From contig JAVERC010000014.1 of NCBI GenBank assembly GCA_034007295.1, forward strand, positions 2,732 to 66,731: 64,000 bases of DNA, written 5' to 3'. Shown here one piece after another: positions 32,708-41,872 of the stretch; within the stretch, counting starts at the first letter, position 1; each line of letters starts with the position of its first letter. Both the position numbers and the translations under genes were made by a program. Under the pieces are notes generated by a model. The model made no database searches and was not told where the DNA came from. It saw only the letters and a list, made by a program, of their open reading frames with translations. Source of the DNA: Desulforegulaceae bacterium. Its GTDB lineage: Bacteria > Desulfobacterota > Desulfobacteria > Desulfobacterales > JACKCP01.

Positions 32708-34027
32708 ATGGCAAAACACGAAACTCCCATGCTGGATCAATTAGAATCCGGTCCATGGCCAAGTTTTGTTTCCGACATGAAGCAGGAAGCGGAAGCAAGG
32801 GCAAAGAATGTTAATAACGTTGAATATCAGATTCCTGTTGATGTTGTAGACGATCTTCTAGGCGTTCTTGAGCTTTCCTACAAGCATGGAAGAACTCACT
32901 GGAAACACGGCGGTATCGTTGGTGTTTTCGGTTACGGCGGCGGTGTTATCGGCCGTTATTGCGACCAGCCACAGGAATTTCCTGGTGTTGCTCATTTTCA
33001 TACAGTACGTGTGGCTCAGCCTGCTGGTAAGTACTACACAACTGAATATCTCAGACAAATTATGGATGTATGGGATCTACGCGGTTCTGGTCTTACAAAC
33101 ATGCACGGCTCTACAGGTGACATTGTTCTTCTTGGTACAAGAACAGAGCAGCTTGAAGAAATTTTCTTTGATCTGACTCACAAGTACAATACAGACCTTG
33201 GTGGTTCAGGTTCAAACCTTAGAACCCCTGCTGACTGTATCGGTACTTCAAGGTGTGAATATTCATGCTATGATACAAACGCATTATGTCATTTCTTGAC
33301 AAATGAATTCCAGGATGAGCTTCATCGTCCTGCATTCCCTTACAAGTTCAAGTTCAAGTTTGACGGATGTCCAAACTGCTGTGTTGCGTCACTTGCACGT
33401 TCTGACATGGCTTTTATCGGTACATGGAAAGACGATATCAGAATTGACCAGGAAGCTGTTCAGGCTTATATCGGCGGTGAAATTCCTCCTAACGGTGGTG
33501 CTCATGCTGGCCGTGACTGGGGTAAATTTGACATTCAGAAAGAAGTTATTGATCTTTGTCCTACAGGCTGCATGTGGATGGACGGCAATGAACTTAAAAT
33601 CAACAATAAAGAATGTACACGCTGTATGCATTGTATCAACACCATGCCAAGAGCATTGAGAATTGGTGAAGATACTGGATGTTCAATTCTTGTTGGTGCT
33701 AAAGCTCCAATCCTTGACGGACAGCAGATGGGTTCTCTTCTTGTTCCTTTTGTAGAAGTTAATCCTGACAATGATTATGAAGCACTTATCAATTATATTG
33801 ATAAAATTTGGGATTGGTGGATGATGGAAGGTAAAAACCGTGAGCGTCTTGGTGAAACTATCCGCCGTCTTAGTTTCCAGAAGCTTCTTGAAGCTTGTGA
33901 TATGGAAGCAGATGTCCGTCATGTGTTACATCCACGTGAAAACCCATACATCTTCTGGAAAGAAGAAGAAGTACCTGGCGGATGGGAAAGAGACATTAAA
34001 GAATTCAGAAAATTTCATCAGAGATAA
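32708..34027 (+). CDS. dsrA: Dissimilatory sulfite reductase alpha subunit
   Basis: N-terminus MAKHETPMLDQLESGPWPSFV, Cys clusters (CIGTSRCEYSC, CPNCC) and ferredoxin insert (CTRCMHCINTMP), 439 aa. Followed by dsrB. Confidence 0.95.
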   Translation: MAKHETPMLDQLESGPWPSFVSDMKQEAEARAKNVNNVEYQIPVDVVDDLLGVLELSYKHGRTHWKHGGIVGVFGYGGGVIGRYCDQPQEFPGVAHFHTVRVAQPAGKYYTTEYLRQIMDVWDLRGSGLTNMHGSTGDIVLLGTRTEQLEEIFFDLTHKYNTDLGGSGSNLRTPADCIGTSRCEYSCYDTNALCHFLTNEFQDELHRPAFPYKFKFKFDGCPNCCVASLARSDMAFIGTWKDDIRIDQEAVQAYIGGEIPPNGGAHAGRDWGKFDIQKEVIDLCPTGCMWMDGNELKINNKECTRCMHCINTMPRALRIGEDTGCSILVGAKAPILDGQQMGSLLVPFVEVNPDNDYEALINYIDKIWDWWMMEGKNRERLGETIRRLSFQKLLEACDMEADVRHVLHPRENPYIFWKEEEVPGGWERDIKEFRKFHQR

Positions 34028-34045
34028 GATAGGGAGGAAAAATAA

Positions 34046-35194
34046 ATGGCATTTGTATCTTCAGGTTACAATCCCGATAAGCCAATGGAAAACCGTATCA
34101 CTGATATCGGTCCCAGACATTTTGAAGAATTTTATCCTCCGGTCATTAAAGCCAACAAAGGCAAGTGGCTGTATCATGAAATACTTGAGCCTGGCGTACT
34201 GGTTCATGTTTCAGAAACCGGAGACGAAGTTTATACAGTTCGTGTAGGTGGTGCTCGTCTTATGAGTATTACTCATATCCGTGAAATGTGCGATATTGCA
34301 GATAAGCACTGCGGCGGATATCTTCGTTTTACTACACGTAACAACGTTGAATTTATGGTTGATTCAAAGGACAAAGTTGAAGCACTTAAGCAGGATCTTT
34401 CTTCTAGAAAATTCCCCGGCGGATCATACAAGTTCCCAATTGGTGGTACCGGAGCTGGTGTAACAAACATAGTTCATACACAGGGATGGGTTCACTGCCA
34501 TACTCCTGCAACTGATGCATCTGGTCCTGTTAAAGCTACCATGGACGCTCTTTTCAAAGATTTCCAGGATATGAGACTTCCTGCACAGCTTAGAATTTCT
34601 CTTGCTTGCTGTCTTAACATGTGCGGTGCTGTTCATTGTTCAGATATCGCTATTCTTGGTTTCCACAGAAAGCCTCCAATGATTGACCATGAATATGTAA
34701 GCAAGAACTGTGAAATTCCTCTTGCTGTTGCAGCATGTCCTACTTCTGCTATCAAGCCTTCAAAGCATGTGCTTGCAGATGGTACTGAAGTTAAGTCAGT
34801 TTCTGTTAATAATGACCGTTGTATGTACTGTGGTAACTGCTATACAATGTGTCCTTCAATGCCGCTTGCTGATACAGACGGTGACGGTATTGTTATTATG
34901 GTTGGTGGTAAAGTTTCTAACCGTATTCATGCACCTAAATTCTCCAAAGTTGTTGTAAGCTACATTAAAAATGAGCCTCCAAGATGGAAAACAACAACTG
35001 ATACAATTTCAAAAATTGTTGAAGCATACGCAAATGATGCAAGAAAATATGAAAGAATTGGTGACTGGGCAGAAAGAATCGGCTGGGAGCGTTTCTTTGA
35101 AAAATGTGAGCTTGATTTCACTCATCATCTTATCGATGACTTCCGTGATCATGCTTACTATACATGGCGTCAGACAACTCAGTTCAAGTTCTAA
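34046..35194 (+). CDS. dsrB: Dissimilatory sulfite reductase beta subunit
   Basis: [14 protein letters not shown], ferredoxin insert [12 protein letters not shown], 382 aa. Confidence 0.95.
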   Translation: MAFVSSGYNPDKPMENRITDIGPRHFEEFYPPVIKANKGKWLYHEILEPGVLVHVSETGDEVYTVRVGGARLMSITHIREMCDIADKHCGGYLRFTTRNNVEFMVDSKDKVEALKQDLSSRKFPGGSYKFPIGGTGAGVTNIVHTQGWVHCHTPATDASGPVKATMDALFKDFQDMRLPAQLRISLACCLNMCGAVHCSDIAILGFHRKPPMIDHEYVSKNCEIPLAVAACPTSAIKPSKHVLADGTEVKSVSVNNDRCMYCGNCYTMCPSMPLADTDGDGIVIMVGGKVSNRIHAPKFSKVVVSYIKNEPPRWKTTTDTISKIVEAYANDARKYERIGDWAERIGWERFFEKCELDFTHHLIDDFRDHAYYTWRQTTQFKF

Positions 35195-35224
35195 TAATAA
35201 CTGAGTTAAGAAATTTATATCATG

Positions 35225-35258
35225 GCCGGAGGTTAAAACCTCCGGCTGAACTTTTTTT
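35225..35258 (+). terminator. Strong hairpin plus T-tract between dsrB and dsrD (terminator/attenuator)
   Basis: GCCGGAGGTT-aa-AACCTCCGGC then TGAACTTTTTTT. Confidence 0.65.
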
Positions 35259-35276
35259 CCTGATTAAGGAGGAAAT

Positions 35277-35504
35277 ATGGCACTTCCAGATAATGCAAAA
35301 GAAATGATAGTTGAAGAACTTACAAAAAAGTCAAAAACAAAATCAAAATTCTACTTCAATGACCTTTCTAAAATGTTTCCAGATGAAAGCCCAAGAGCAG
35401 TAAAAAAGCTTGTTAATGAAATGGTTAATGATGGTGTTCTTGAGTACTGGTCAAGCGGAAGTACAACCATGTATGGTTTAAAAGGCATGGGTGAACTTGG
35501 TTAG
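35277..35504 (+). CDS. dsrD: DsrD
   Basis: 75-aa Lys-rich winged-helix-like protein (KSKTKSKFYFNDL ... YWSSGSTTMYGLKG) directly after dsrB. Confidence 0.9.
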   Translation: MALPDNAKEMIVEELTKKSKTKSKFYFNDLSKMFPDESPRAVKKLVNEMVNDGVLEYWSSGSTTMYGLKGMGELG

Positions 35505-35528
35505 TATTTTTTTTGGAGTTTTTCTGCA

Positions 35529-36935
35529 ATGCTGAAAAAAGAAGGATGCAGTTCTGTAGTTACAATCGCTGGTTTAAGAGGCGGTTCAGGAAAGACTTTT
35601 GTATCTCTTGGACTTGTATCTTCACTTAAAAGTATTGGGAAAAATGTCTGCCCCTTTAAAAAGGGTCCTGATTATATTGATGCCGGCTGGCTGGCTTTTG
35701 CTGCAGGCCGGCATTGCTATAATCTGGATACATACATGTGCCCTGGTGAGGTTGTTAAAGAATCTTTTTCCTTTCATAGTTATGGTTCAGATTTTTCTCT
35801 TGTTGAGGGAAACCGCGGACTTTTTGATGCAATAGATGTTGAGGGCAGGACAAGCACTGCTGAAGTAGCAAAACTTCTCAATTCCCCTGTAATAATATGT
35901 ATTGACTGCACTAAATGTACAATGACAATAGCTGCAATTGTTATGGGGCTTAGAGCCTTTGATCCTGATCTTAACCTGGCTGGCATAATTTTTAATAAAG
36001 TTGCCGGGCCAAGACACGCAGGCAAGCTCACAAAAGCAGTTGAGCATTATACAGATGTAAAAGTAATTGGTGCTATACCAAAGGTCAAAAAATTTGATTT
36101 TGCTGAAAGACATATGGGCCTTGTTCCAACATGTGAAAACAAAATGGCTTCATCAATTATTGAAGAAACAGGAAAGATAGTTAAAGATAACCTTGATCTT
36201 AATAAAATAATTGAAATTTCAAAATCAGATCAGGAATATATTCCAGAGCAGTCCCCATATGAAATGTGTATGACTGAAACAAAGTATGATGATCTTAATA
36301 TTGGGATTATTATAGATGATTCCTTTCAGTTTTATTATCCGGAAAATATTTTTATTCTTGAAAAATACGGAGCAAAGCTTTTTAGAATAAATGCCATGGA
36401 AGATAAATGCCTGCCTGAAAATCTCCATGCACTTTATATTGGAGGCGGTTTTCCAGAGTGTTTTGCAAAAGAGCTTGAAAAAAATAAATCCATGCGTGAA
36501 TCCGTAAAGAATCAGGCAATGTCTGGACTTCCTGTATATGCCGAGTGCGGCGGACTTATGTATCTTGGGAAATCAATTATTTTAGAGGATAAAGAATATG
36601 AAATGTGTTCTTTTTTTGATATGAGTTTTACAATTTCAAAAAAACCCCAGGGTCATGGTTATGTTGATGCTGTTGTAACAAAAAATAATCCTTTCATTGA
36701 AAAAGGTACTCATCTCAAAGGCCATGAATTCAGGTATTCAAAAATAGTAAATAGCAATTTCAGTGAATCTGGTTTTTGTTATGAGTTAGATAGAGGTGTT
36801 GGAATTGTTGATAACATGGATGGAATAACAAAGAACAATACACTTGCCTCATATATTCATCTTCACGCCTTTGGCTCTCCGTCATGGGCAAATGCCATGG
36901 TAAAAGCAGCTCAAAAATTTAAAAATAATCATTAA
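35529..36935 (+). CDS. dsrN: Cobyrinate a,c-diamide synthase homologue (DsrN, putative siroheme amidase)
   Basis: CbiA-type P-loop GLRGGSGKTFVSLGL and C-terminal glutamine amidotransferase motif YAECGGLMYL. Its position after dsrABD corresponds to dsrN. Confidence 0.85.
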   Translation: MLKKEGCSSVVTIAGLRGGSGKTFVSLGLVSSLKSIGKNVCPFKKGPDYIDAGWLAFAAGRHCYNLDTYMCPGEVVKESFSFHSYGSDFSLVEGNRGLFDAIDVEGRTSTAEVAKLLNSPVIICIDCTKCTMTIAAIVMGLRAFDPDLNLAGIIFNKVAGPRHAGKLTKAVEHYTDVKVIGAIPKVKKFDFAERHMGLVPTCENKMASSIIEETGKIVKDNLDLNKIIEISKSDQEYIPEQSPYEMCMTETKYDDLNIGIIIDDSFQFYYPENIFILEKYGAKLFRINAMEDKCLPENLHALYIGGGFPECFAKELEKNKSMRESVKNQAMSGLPVYAECGGLMYLGKSIILEDKEYEMCSFFDMSFTISKKPQGHGYVDAVVTKNNPFIEKGTHLKGHEFRYSKIVNSNFSESGFCYELDRGVGIVDNMDGITKNNTLASYIHLHAFGSPSWANAMVKAAQKFKNNH

Positions 36936-37422
36936 ATCAAATTTTTTCCAAGTTTCAAAAACAATAATAAAATGTCTTTCAGTGAATATTTGTATAAAAT
37001 TCAAATAATTATCTGCTGGGCTAAAAAGGGTTTTTTTACATTCCTAAGCCAGATTAAAAATTTAATTCTCAAAAAAGATCATGTATCCCATAGTTTAAAT
37101 TTTTCCTTTTCATTTAAAGAATAAAAATTTTAGTCTTTAGTTATTGATAATTTTTATTGATTAATCTAAACTTATTCATTATCTAAATATAAAGACACAT
37201 TTTACTATTATTTTTATTTTTTAGTTAAGAATTTTTCAAGGCTCAACAAAAAATGAGCTGAAATTAATTTTTATCTGACTGTTAGTTTAATTTTAAGGAG
37301 GGTAAATGGCAGAAAAAAAAGCAATTGGATGTGCCAGACCAGTTGGAGGAGTAGAGCCTGATGCTTCAAAAAATGACACCTCTGAAAAAAAAGTAACTGA
37401 AAATTCTTACAAGGAGAAAAAA

Positions 37423-38031
37423 ATGATACAAGTTGGAAGAAAAGCTCCGGATTTTGTTTCTCCGGCATTTTACAAAGGTGATTTTACAAGTGTAAAATTA
37501 TCTGATTTTCTTGGAAAATGGGTTGTATTATGTTTTTATCCAGGTGACTTCACCTTTGTCTGAGCTACAGAAATTTCGGCGGTCGCCGAACATCACAAAG
37601 AATTTCAGGAACTAGGCGTTGAAGTTCTTTCAATGAGCGTTGACAGTATGTTTGTACATAAAATGTGGAATGATCATGAGCTGTCAAAAATGGTTCAGGG
37701 AGGAATTCCATTTCCTATGCTTTCCGATGGTGGCGGAAAAGTCGGCTCTGTATACGGTGTGTATGATGAAGATGCAGGGGTTGAAAACAGAGGCAGATTT
37801 ATTATTGATCCCGATGGAATTATCCAGGGATATGAAATTCTTACTCCGCCTGTAGGAAGAAATGTATCTGAAACAATCCGTCAGATAAAGGCATTCCAGC
37901 ATGTAAGAAAAACTGAAGGCGGTGAAGCAACACCTTCAGGATGGAAACCAGGCAAAATTACCTTAAAACCAGGGCCGGAACTTGTTGGTAAAGTTTGGGA
38001 AGTCTGGAAAACAAGTATGGAATCAGAATAA
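37423..38031 (+). CDS. prx: Selenocysteine-containing peroxiredoxin (in-frame TGA at 37561-37563 read as Sec)
   Basis: Track ORFs 37306-37563 and 37633-38031 share one frame. Read-through gives [16 protein letters not shown], the Prx DFTFVCPTE motif with TGA at the peroxidatic Cys. AAGGAG lies 6 nt before ATG 37423; an alternative ATG at 37306 is also SD-preceded. Confidence 0.8.
37561..37592 (+). promoter_or_regulatory. UGA plus SECIS-like stem-loop
   Basis: TGA, 11 nt, then TTCGGC-GGTC-GCCGAA (6-bp stem, GGUC loop). Confidence 0.6.
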
Positions 38032-38053
38032 ACAAAGAGCTGCTGGATTGAAG

Positions 38054-38182
38054 CTGGATTTTTTGTTCAGTTTAAGGAAGTTGAAAAATTTAACATTTAG
38101 GATACATAGAGTATTTTGAGGATTAAATTTTGAATCTGACTTAAGAATGGACAAAAAAGGCCGTTTTCGTTCAGAAACTAAG
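38054..38182 (+). repeat. MITE-like element, 5'-truncated copy (first of a tandem pair)
   Basis: Aligns with 38181-38329 from GATTTTTTGTTCAG to AACTAAGTA. Differs at roughly a dozen positions by eye. Confidence 0.75.
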
Positions 38183-38329
38183 TAGTGATCGGCCGAAAAC
38201 GAGAATTTTTTGTTCAGTTCAAGGAAGTTGAAAAATTTAACCGCAGGAATACATTTAGTATTTTGAGGATTAAATTTTGAATCTGACGCAGAAATGGACA
38301 AAAAAGGCCGTTTTCGTTCAGAAACTAAG
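38181..38329 (+). repeat. MITE-like element, full copy (second of a tandem pair)
   Basis: TAGTGATCGGCCGAAAACGAGAATTTTTTGTTCAG ... GGACAAAAAAGGCCGTTTTCGTTCAGAAACTAAGTA. Shares a TA with the end of the preceding copy. Confidence 0.8.
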
Positions 38330-38330
38330 T

Positions 38331-38352
38331 AAAAGGGGTGGGAAATCACCCC
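38331..38352 (-). terminator. tatC terminator hairpin
   Basis: AAGGGGTG-ggaaa-TCACCCCTT. On the minus strand it is followed by TTTT. Confidence 0.6.
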
Positions 38353-38359
38353 TTATAAA

Positions 38360-39097
38360 TCAAATATCATCACTCTTTTTTTTCCCAAAGAAAACAGCAC
38401 CCAAAATACCAAGCTCATATAAAAGAACCATTGGGACTGCCATCATAATCTGGGTTACAACATCTGGCGGAGTTATAATGGCTGCGAAAATAAAAAAAAT
38501 AAGAATTGCATATTTTCTTTGTTTTTTTAAAAAATCTGAAGAAACTATTCCCATTTTTGCAAGTCCGCTTAAAACAAGGGGAAGCTCGAAAGCAAGGCCA
38601 AATGCAAACAGCAGTTTTGATGCAAATGAGAAATATTCTTTCATTGATGGAAGTGCTTTTATGTTTTCGTTTGCAAAGCCTAAAAGAAAACTGAACCCAT
38701 AAGGAAAAACCAGAAAATAAGCAAATGCACCACCAACTGCAAAAAAAATTACTGAAAAAAAAGTAAGAATAATAACAGCTTTTTTTTCCTTTGAATAAAG
38801 TCCTGGTGATACAAAAAGCCAGAATTGATAAATAAGAAACGGTAAAGTAATAATAATTCCTGAAAAAAGTGCTGTTTTAAGATATGTAAAAAAGGCTTCA
38901 GGAAGAGAAGTAAAAATAAGCTGTCCGTTTTCGCCAAGTGCACTTCTTAATGGTTTAATAAGGAATAAAAATATTTTTTCCTTAAAAAAATAGCAGATTA
39001 AAAAACCTGAAAATATAATGAAAAAACATTTTATAAGCCTTGATCTTAACTCTTCTAAATGCTCTGTAAGATTTATTTTTTCTTTATTTTGGCTCAT
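38360..39097 (-). CDS. tatC: Twin-arginine translocase subunit TatC
   Basis: 6-TM TatC layout, N-terminal [14 protein letters not shown], 245 aa. Overlaps the tatA end. Confidence 0.9.
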   Translation of the reverse strand: MSQNKEKINLTEHLEELRSRLIKCFFIIFSGFLICYFFKEKIFLFLIKPLRSALGENGQLIFTSLPEAFFTYLKTALFSGIIITLPFLIYQFWLFVSPGLYSKEKKAVIILTFFSVIFFAVGGAFAYFLVFPYGFSFLLGFANENIKALPSMKEYFSFASKLLFAFGLAFELPLVLSGLAKMGIVSSDFLKKQRKYAILIFFIFAAIITPPDVVTQIMMAVPMVLLYELGILGAVFFGKKKSDDI

Positions 39098-39302
39098 CTT
39101 TTTTTTCTTTAGAGTCAGATTCTATTTTTTTTTGACGTTCATCATCAATTTCTACACTGGATTTAAGATCATTTACCGAACGCTTAAACTCTCCAAATGC
39201 TTTGCCAAGGGTTTTAGCAAGTTCAGGAAGTTTTTTGGGGCCGATAACAATCAGAGCCACTGCAAGTATGACTAAAATTTCCGGCATTCCAATTCCAAAC
39301 AT
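39084..39302 (-). CDS. tatA: Twin-arginine translocase subunit TatA/E
   Basis: [40 protein letters not shown]. Confidence 0.9.
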   Translation of the reverse strand: MFGIGMPEILVILAVALIVIGPKKLPELAKTLGKAFGEFKRSVNDLKSSVEIDDERQKKIESDSKEKKDEPK

Positions 39303-39402
39303 AAATTCACCTAAAAAGTTCTTTATAATTTTTAAAAAAACTACTACTTTTTTAATTTCATGTTGTCAATAATACAAACAAATTAAGGTATAAATTATAA
39401 TT

Positions 39403-40188
39403 ATGAAAAAAGATATTATAAAAAAAGTTTATGTAAATCTTCCTTTAAGAATGGTAGAAGAATATATTGGAAAATATCTTCAACTCGAACTTAATCCAGA
39501 GTTTGGAATTGATTCAGAGGCTTTAGATAACTTAAGTTTAGAATATATTAATCAGATATCTGAAAAATTTATTGAAAAAGGTCTTAAAATAAAAGCTCAT
39601 GGTCCTTTTTTTGATTTGAATCCTGTATCATCTGATGAGATGATCAGGGAAATAAGCTGTAAAAGAATGTATAATGCACTTGAATATGCAAAAGTACTAA
39701 AAGCTGAATCAATTGTTTTTCATCCAGGATATGATTTTAAAAGGCATGATTTTTTAAAAGATGAGTGGTTGAAAAAAAGCTGCGATTTTTACGCAGAATT
39801 TTCAAATTTTGCTTCAAAAAATAATATAACTCTTTTACTTGAAAATGTTTATGAGAGAAATCCCCATGAAATTTTACCGCTTCTTGAAGCAGTAAGTTCT
39901 TCTGGAGGCGGTTTTTGTTTTGATTTAGGTCATCATTTTGCTTTTGGAGAAGACATTCTTGAAAACTGGATAAAGCAGACAGCTAAATACATAAAAGAGA
40001 TCCATTTGCACGACAATGACGGAAAACAGGATTTACATCTTCCCCCTGGAAAGGGAAAAATAAATTTTGATCCTTTGAAATATTTTATTAAAGACAACTT
40101 GAATAAAGTTAAAATAACTTTAGAACCTCACAGGGAAGAAGATTTATTTCCCTGCTTTGAATGGCTGGAGAAAAATAATGTCTTTTGA
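39403..40188 (+). CDS. Xylose-isomerase-like TIM-barrel protein (sugar phosphate isomerase/epimerase family)
   Basis: 261 aa with a VFHPG ... LLENV ... FDLGH ... IHLHDN metal-ligand pattern. Confidence 0.7.
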   Translation: MKKDIIKKVYVNLPLRMVEEYIGKYLQLELNPEFGIDSEALDNLSLEYINQISEKFIEKGLKIKAHGPFFDLNPVSSDEMIREISCKRMYNALEYAKVLKAESIVFHPGYDFKRHDFLKDEWLKKSCDFYAEFSNFASKNNITLLLENVYERNPHEILPLLEAVSSSGGGFCFDLGHHFAFGEDILENWIKQTAKYIKEIHLHDNDGKQDLHLPPGKGKINFDPLKYFIKDNLNKVKITLEPHREEDLFPCFEWLEKNNVF

Positions 40189-41872
40189 ACTGTTTTTAAT
40201 TTTTTTTGGTTTTTTGCTGGTTATATATGCTTTTTTTTCAGTTTTATTAAAATTGAACAGAATTACCTTAGAAGCAGAGCGTTATAGAGCCATTCTTGAT
40301 GAAGTTGAAGACGGCTACTATGAAGTAGATTTGGATGGCAAATGTATATTTGTGACAAAGCCTGTTGAAAAATTATTCGGCTTTCCAGTTGAAGAAATTA
40401 TTGGAGGTGATTACAGGGTAACAATGACTGATGAAGGTGCCATGAATCTCTATGAAAAATTTAATGAAGTTTTTGTAACAGGTGCACCTTTAAAAAGCGT
40501 TCCCTATGAAGCCTTCAATAAAAATGGAAATATTATTTATCTTGAAACCTCAGTTTCTCCTTTAAAAGATAAAAAAGGAAATATTATAGGATTTCGTGGG
40601 ATAACAAGAGACATTTCTATCAGGAAAAAGGCTGAAAAAGCACTTGAATATGCAAAGGAACAGGCAGAAGCTGCAAATGAGGCAAAAACAAGGTTTTTGG
40701 CAAATATGAGCCATGAAATCAGGACTCCAATGAGCGGTGTGATTGGAATGGCAAAGCTTTTGAATGAAACCTCTCTTGATTTGGACCAGAAAAAGCAGGT
40801 TGATGTAATTTTAAAATCTTCAAAAACCCTTCTTGGAATAATAAATGATATTTTAGATTTTTCAAAAATTGAATCAGGACAGCTTATTTTAAGAAAAGAA
40901 CCTGTTGATTTAAGGGAGCTGCTTAAAAATATTGAAGGCATTCTTCTTCCAAATATAAAATCTAAAGATTTAGATTTTGATGTAAGTATAGACATTACAA
41001 TTCCTGAAATTATTCTTTCAGATGAAGTCAGGCTGCATCAGATTCTTTTAAATATTATTGGAAATGCCGTAAAATTTACACTGGAGGGTAAAGTTCTTGT
41101 TAAGGCAAATCTCTCAGGAAATGCCGGCGAAAAATATGTTTTATTTGTTATAGAGGATACAGGTATTGGGATTCCTGACAAAAGTATAGATAAAATTTTT
41201 GAAAATTTTTCCCAGGGAGATGATTCTATTTCAAGAACATTTGGAGGAACAGGTCTTGGGCTTTCCATAACAAGGCAGCTCATACATTTAATGGGCGGAG
41301 TTTTAAAAGTTGAAAGCACACAGGGTAAGGGCAGTATTTTTGAATTTAAAATTCCTTTTCTGGAGTTTAACAAAAATTATTCAAGGCAGATAAATTCAAG
41401 TATTAATGCAAAGGTTTTAAAAAAAGACCCTGTGTCTTTACTAGAATTGTGGAAAAAAAATAATTCAGGAAAAAATCTTAAGGTTTTGGTTGCAGAAGAT
41501 AATGAAGTTAATATTGAGCTTGCAATAAGACTTTTAAAAAAAATTTCTGCTGAAATAAAAATTGCAAAAAATGGATTTGAAGCTCTTTCAATTTTAGCAA
41601 ATAATGAGTTTGATATTGTTCTTATGGATGTTCAGATGCCTGGTATGAACGGAGTTGAAACAAGTCTTGCAATTAGGCGTTTAGAAGCCAAATCAGGAAA
41701 AAAAGCTGTTCCAATTATTGCTCTTACAGCTCATGCAATGGAAAGCGATAAAAAAAGATGTCTTGATGCAGGCATGACAGATTATATTTCAAAACCTTTT
41801 GAGGCAGTCACTCTATTTAATGCCATTGCCAGCTGTCTTGAGGTTAAAAGCAGCCAGTTTAATGAAGAGTAA
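40178..41872 (+). CDS. Hybrid sensor histidine kinase (TM-PAS-HisKA-HATPase-receiver)
   Basis: H-box SHEIRTPMSG, N/G boxes (NIIGNAVKFT, DTGIGI, GGTGLGLSI), receiver VLVAEDNEVN ... DIVLMDVQMPGMNG ... KPF. ATG 40178 is preceded by GGAG. Confidence 0.9.
   Translation: MSFELFLIFFGFLLVIYAFFSVLLKLNRITLEAERYRAILDEVEDGYYEVDLDGKCIFVTKPVEKLFGFPVEEIIGGDYRVTMTDEGAMNLYEKFNEVFVTGAPLKSVPYEAFNKNGNIIYLETSVSPLKDKKGNIIGFRGITRDISIRKKAEKALEYAKEQAEAANEAKTRFLANMSHEIRTPMSGVIGMAKLLNETSLDLDQKKQVDVILKSSKTLLGIINDILDFSKIESGQLILRKEPVDLRELLKNIEGILLPNIKSKDLDFDVSIDITIPEIILSDEVRLHQILLNIIGNAVKFTLEGKVLVKANLSGNAGEKYVLFVIEDTGIGIPDKSIDKIFENFSQGDDSISRTFGGTGLGLSITRQLIHLMGGVLKVESTQGKGSIFEFKIPFLEFNKNYSRQINSSINAKVLKKDPVSLLELWKKNNSGKNLKVLVAEDNEVNIELAIRLLKKISAEIKIAKNGFEALSILANNEFDIVLMDVQMPGMNGVETSLAIRRLEAKSGKKAVPIIALTAHAMESDKKRCLDAGMTDYISKPFEAVTLFNAIASCLEVKSSQFNEE

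Noticed and set aside
32858-35204. Multiple 60-135-aa alternative-frame ORFs inside dsrA/dsrB (for example 33840-34247 and 33303-33659)
   Set aside because: They are embedded in the highly conserved dsrAB frames and have no independent start signals or recognisable motifs.
37141-37165. TTATTGATAAT-TT-TTATTGATTAAT direct repeat upstream of prx as a Fur/PerR box
   Set aside because: It does not form the 7-1-7 inverted repeat expected of Fur-family boxes, and it cannot be distinguished from the AT-rich background without a genome-wide motif model.
38054-38329. Possible CRISPR array or other spacer-containing repeat
   Set aside because: There are only two units of ~130-150 bp, directly abutting with no unique spacers. 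The same unit occurs singly elsewhere, and no cas genes are present.
38023-38349. 108-aa minus-strand ORF with an internally repeated peptide (YLVSERKRPFLSI...SDSKFNPQNT...), and the overlapping plus-strand ORF 38277-38702
   Set aside because: The repetition simply mirrors the tandem MITE-like copies. The equivalent frame in copy 8297-8450 hits a stop after five codons (TAC TTA ATT AGT TGC TGA). There is no SD, and the plus-strand ORF runs antisense through tatC.
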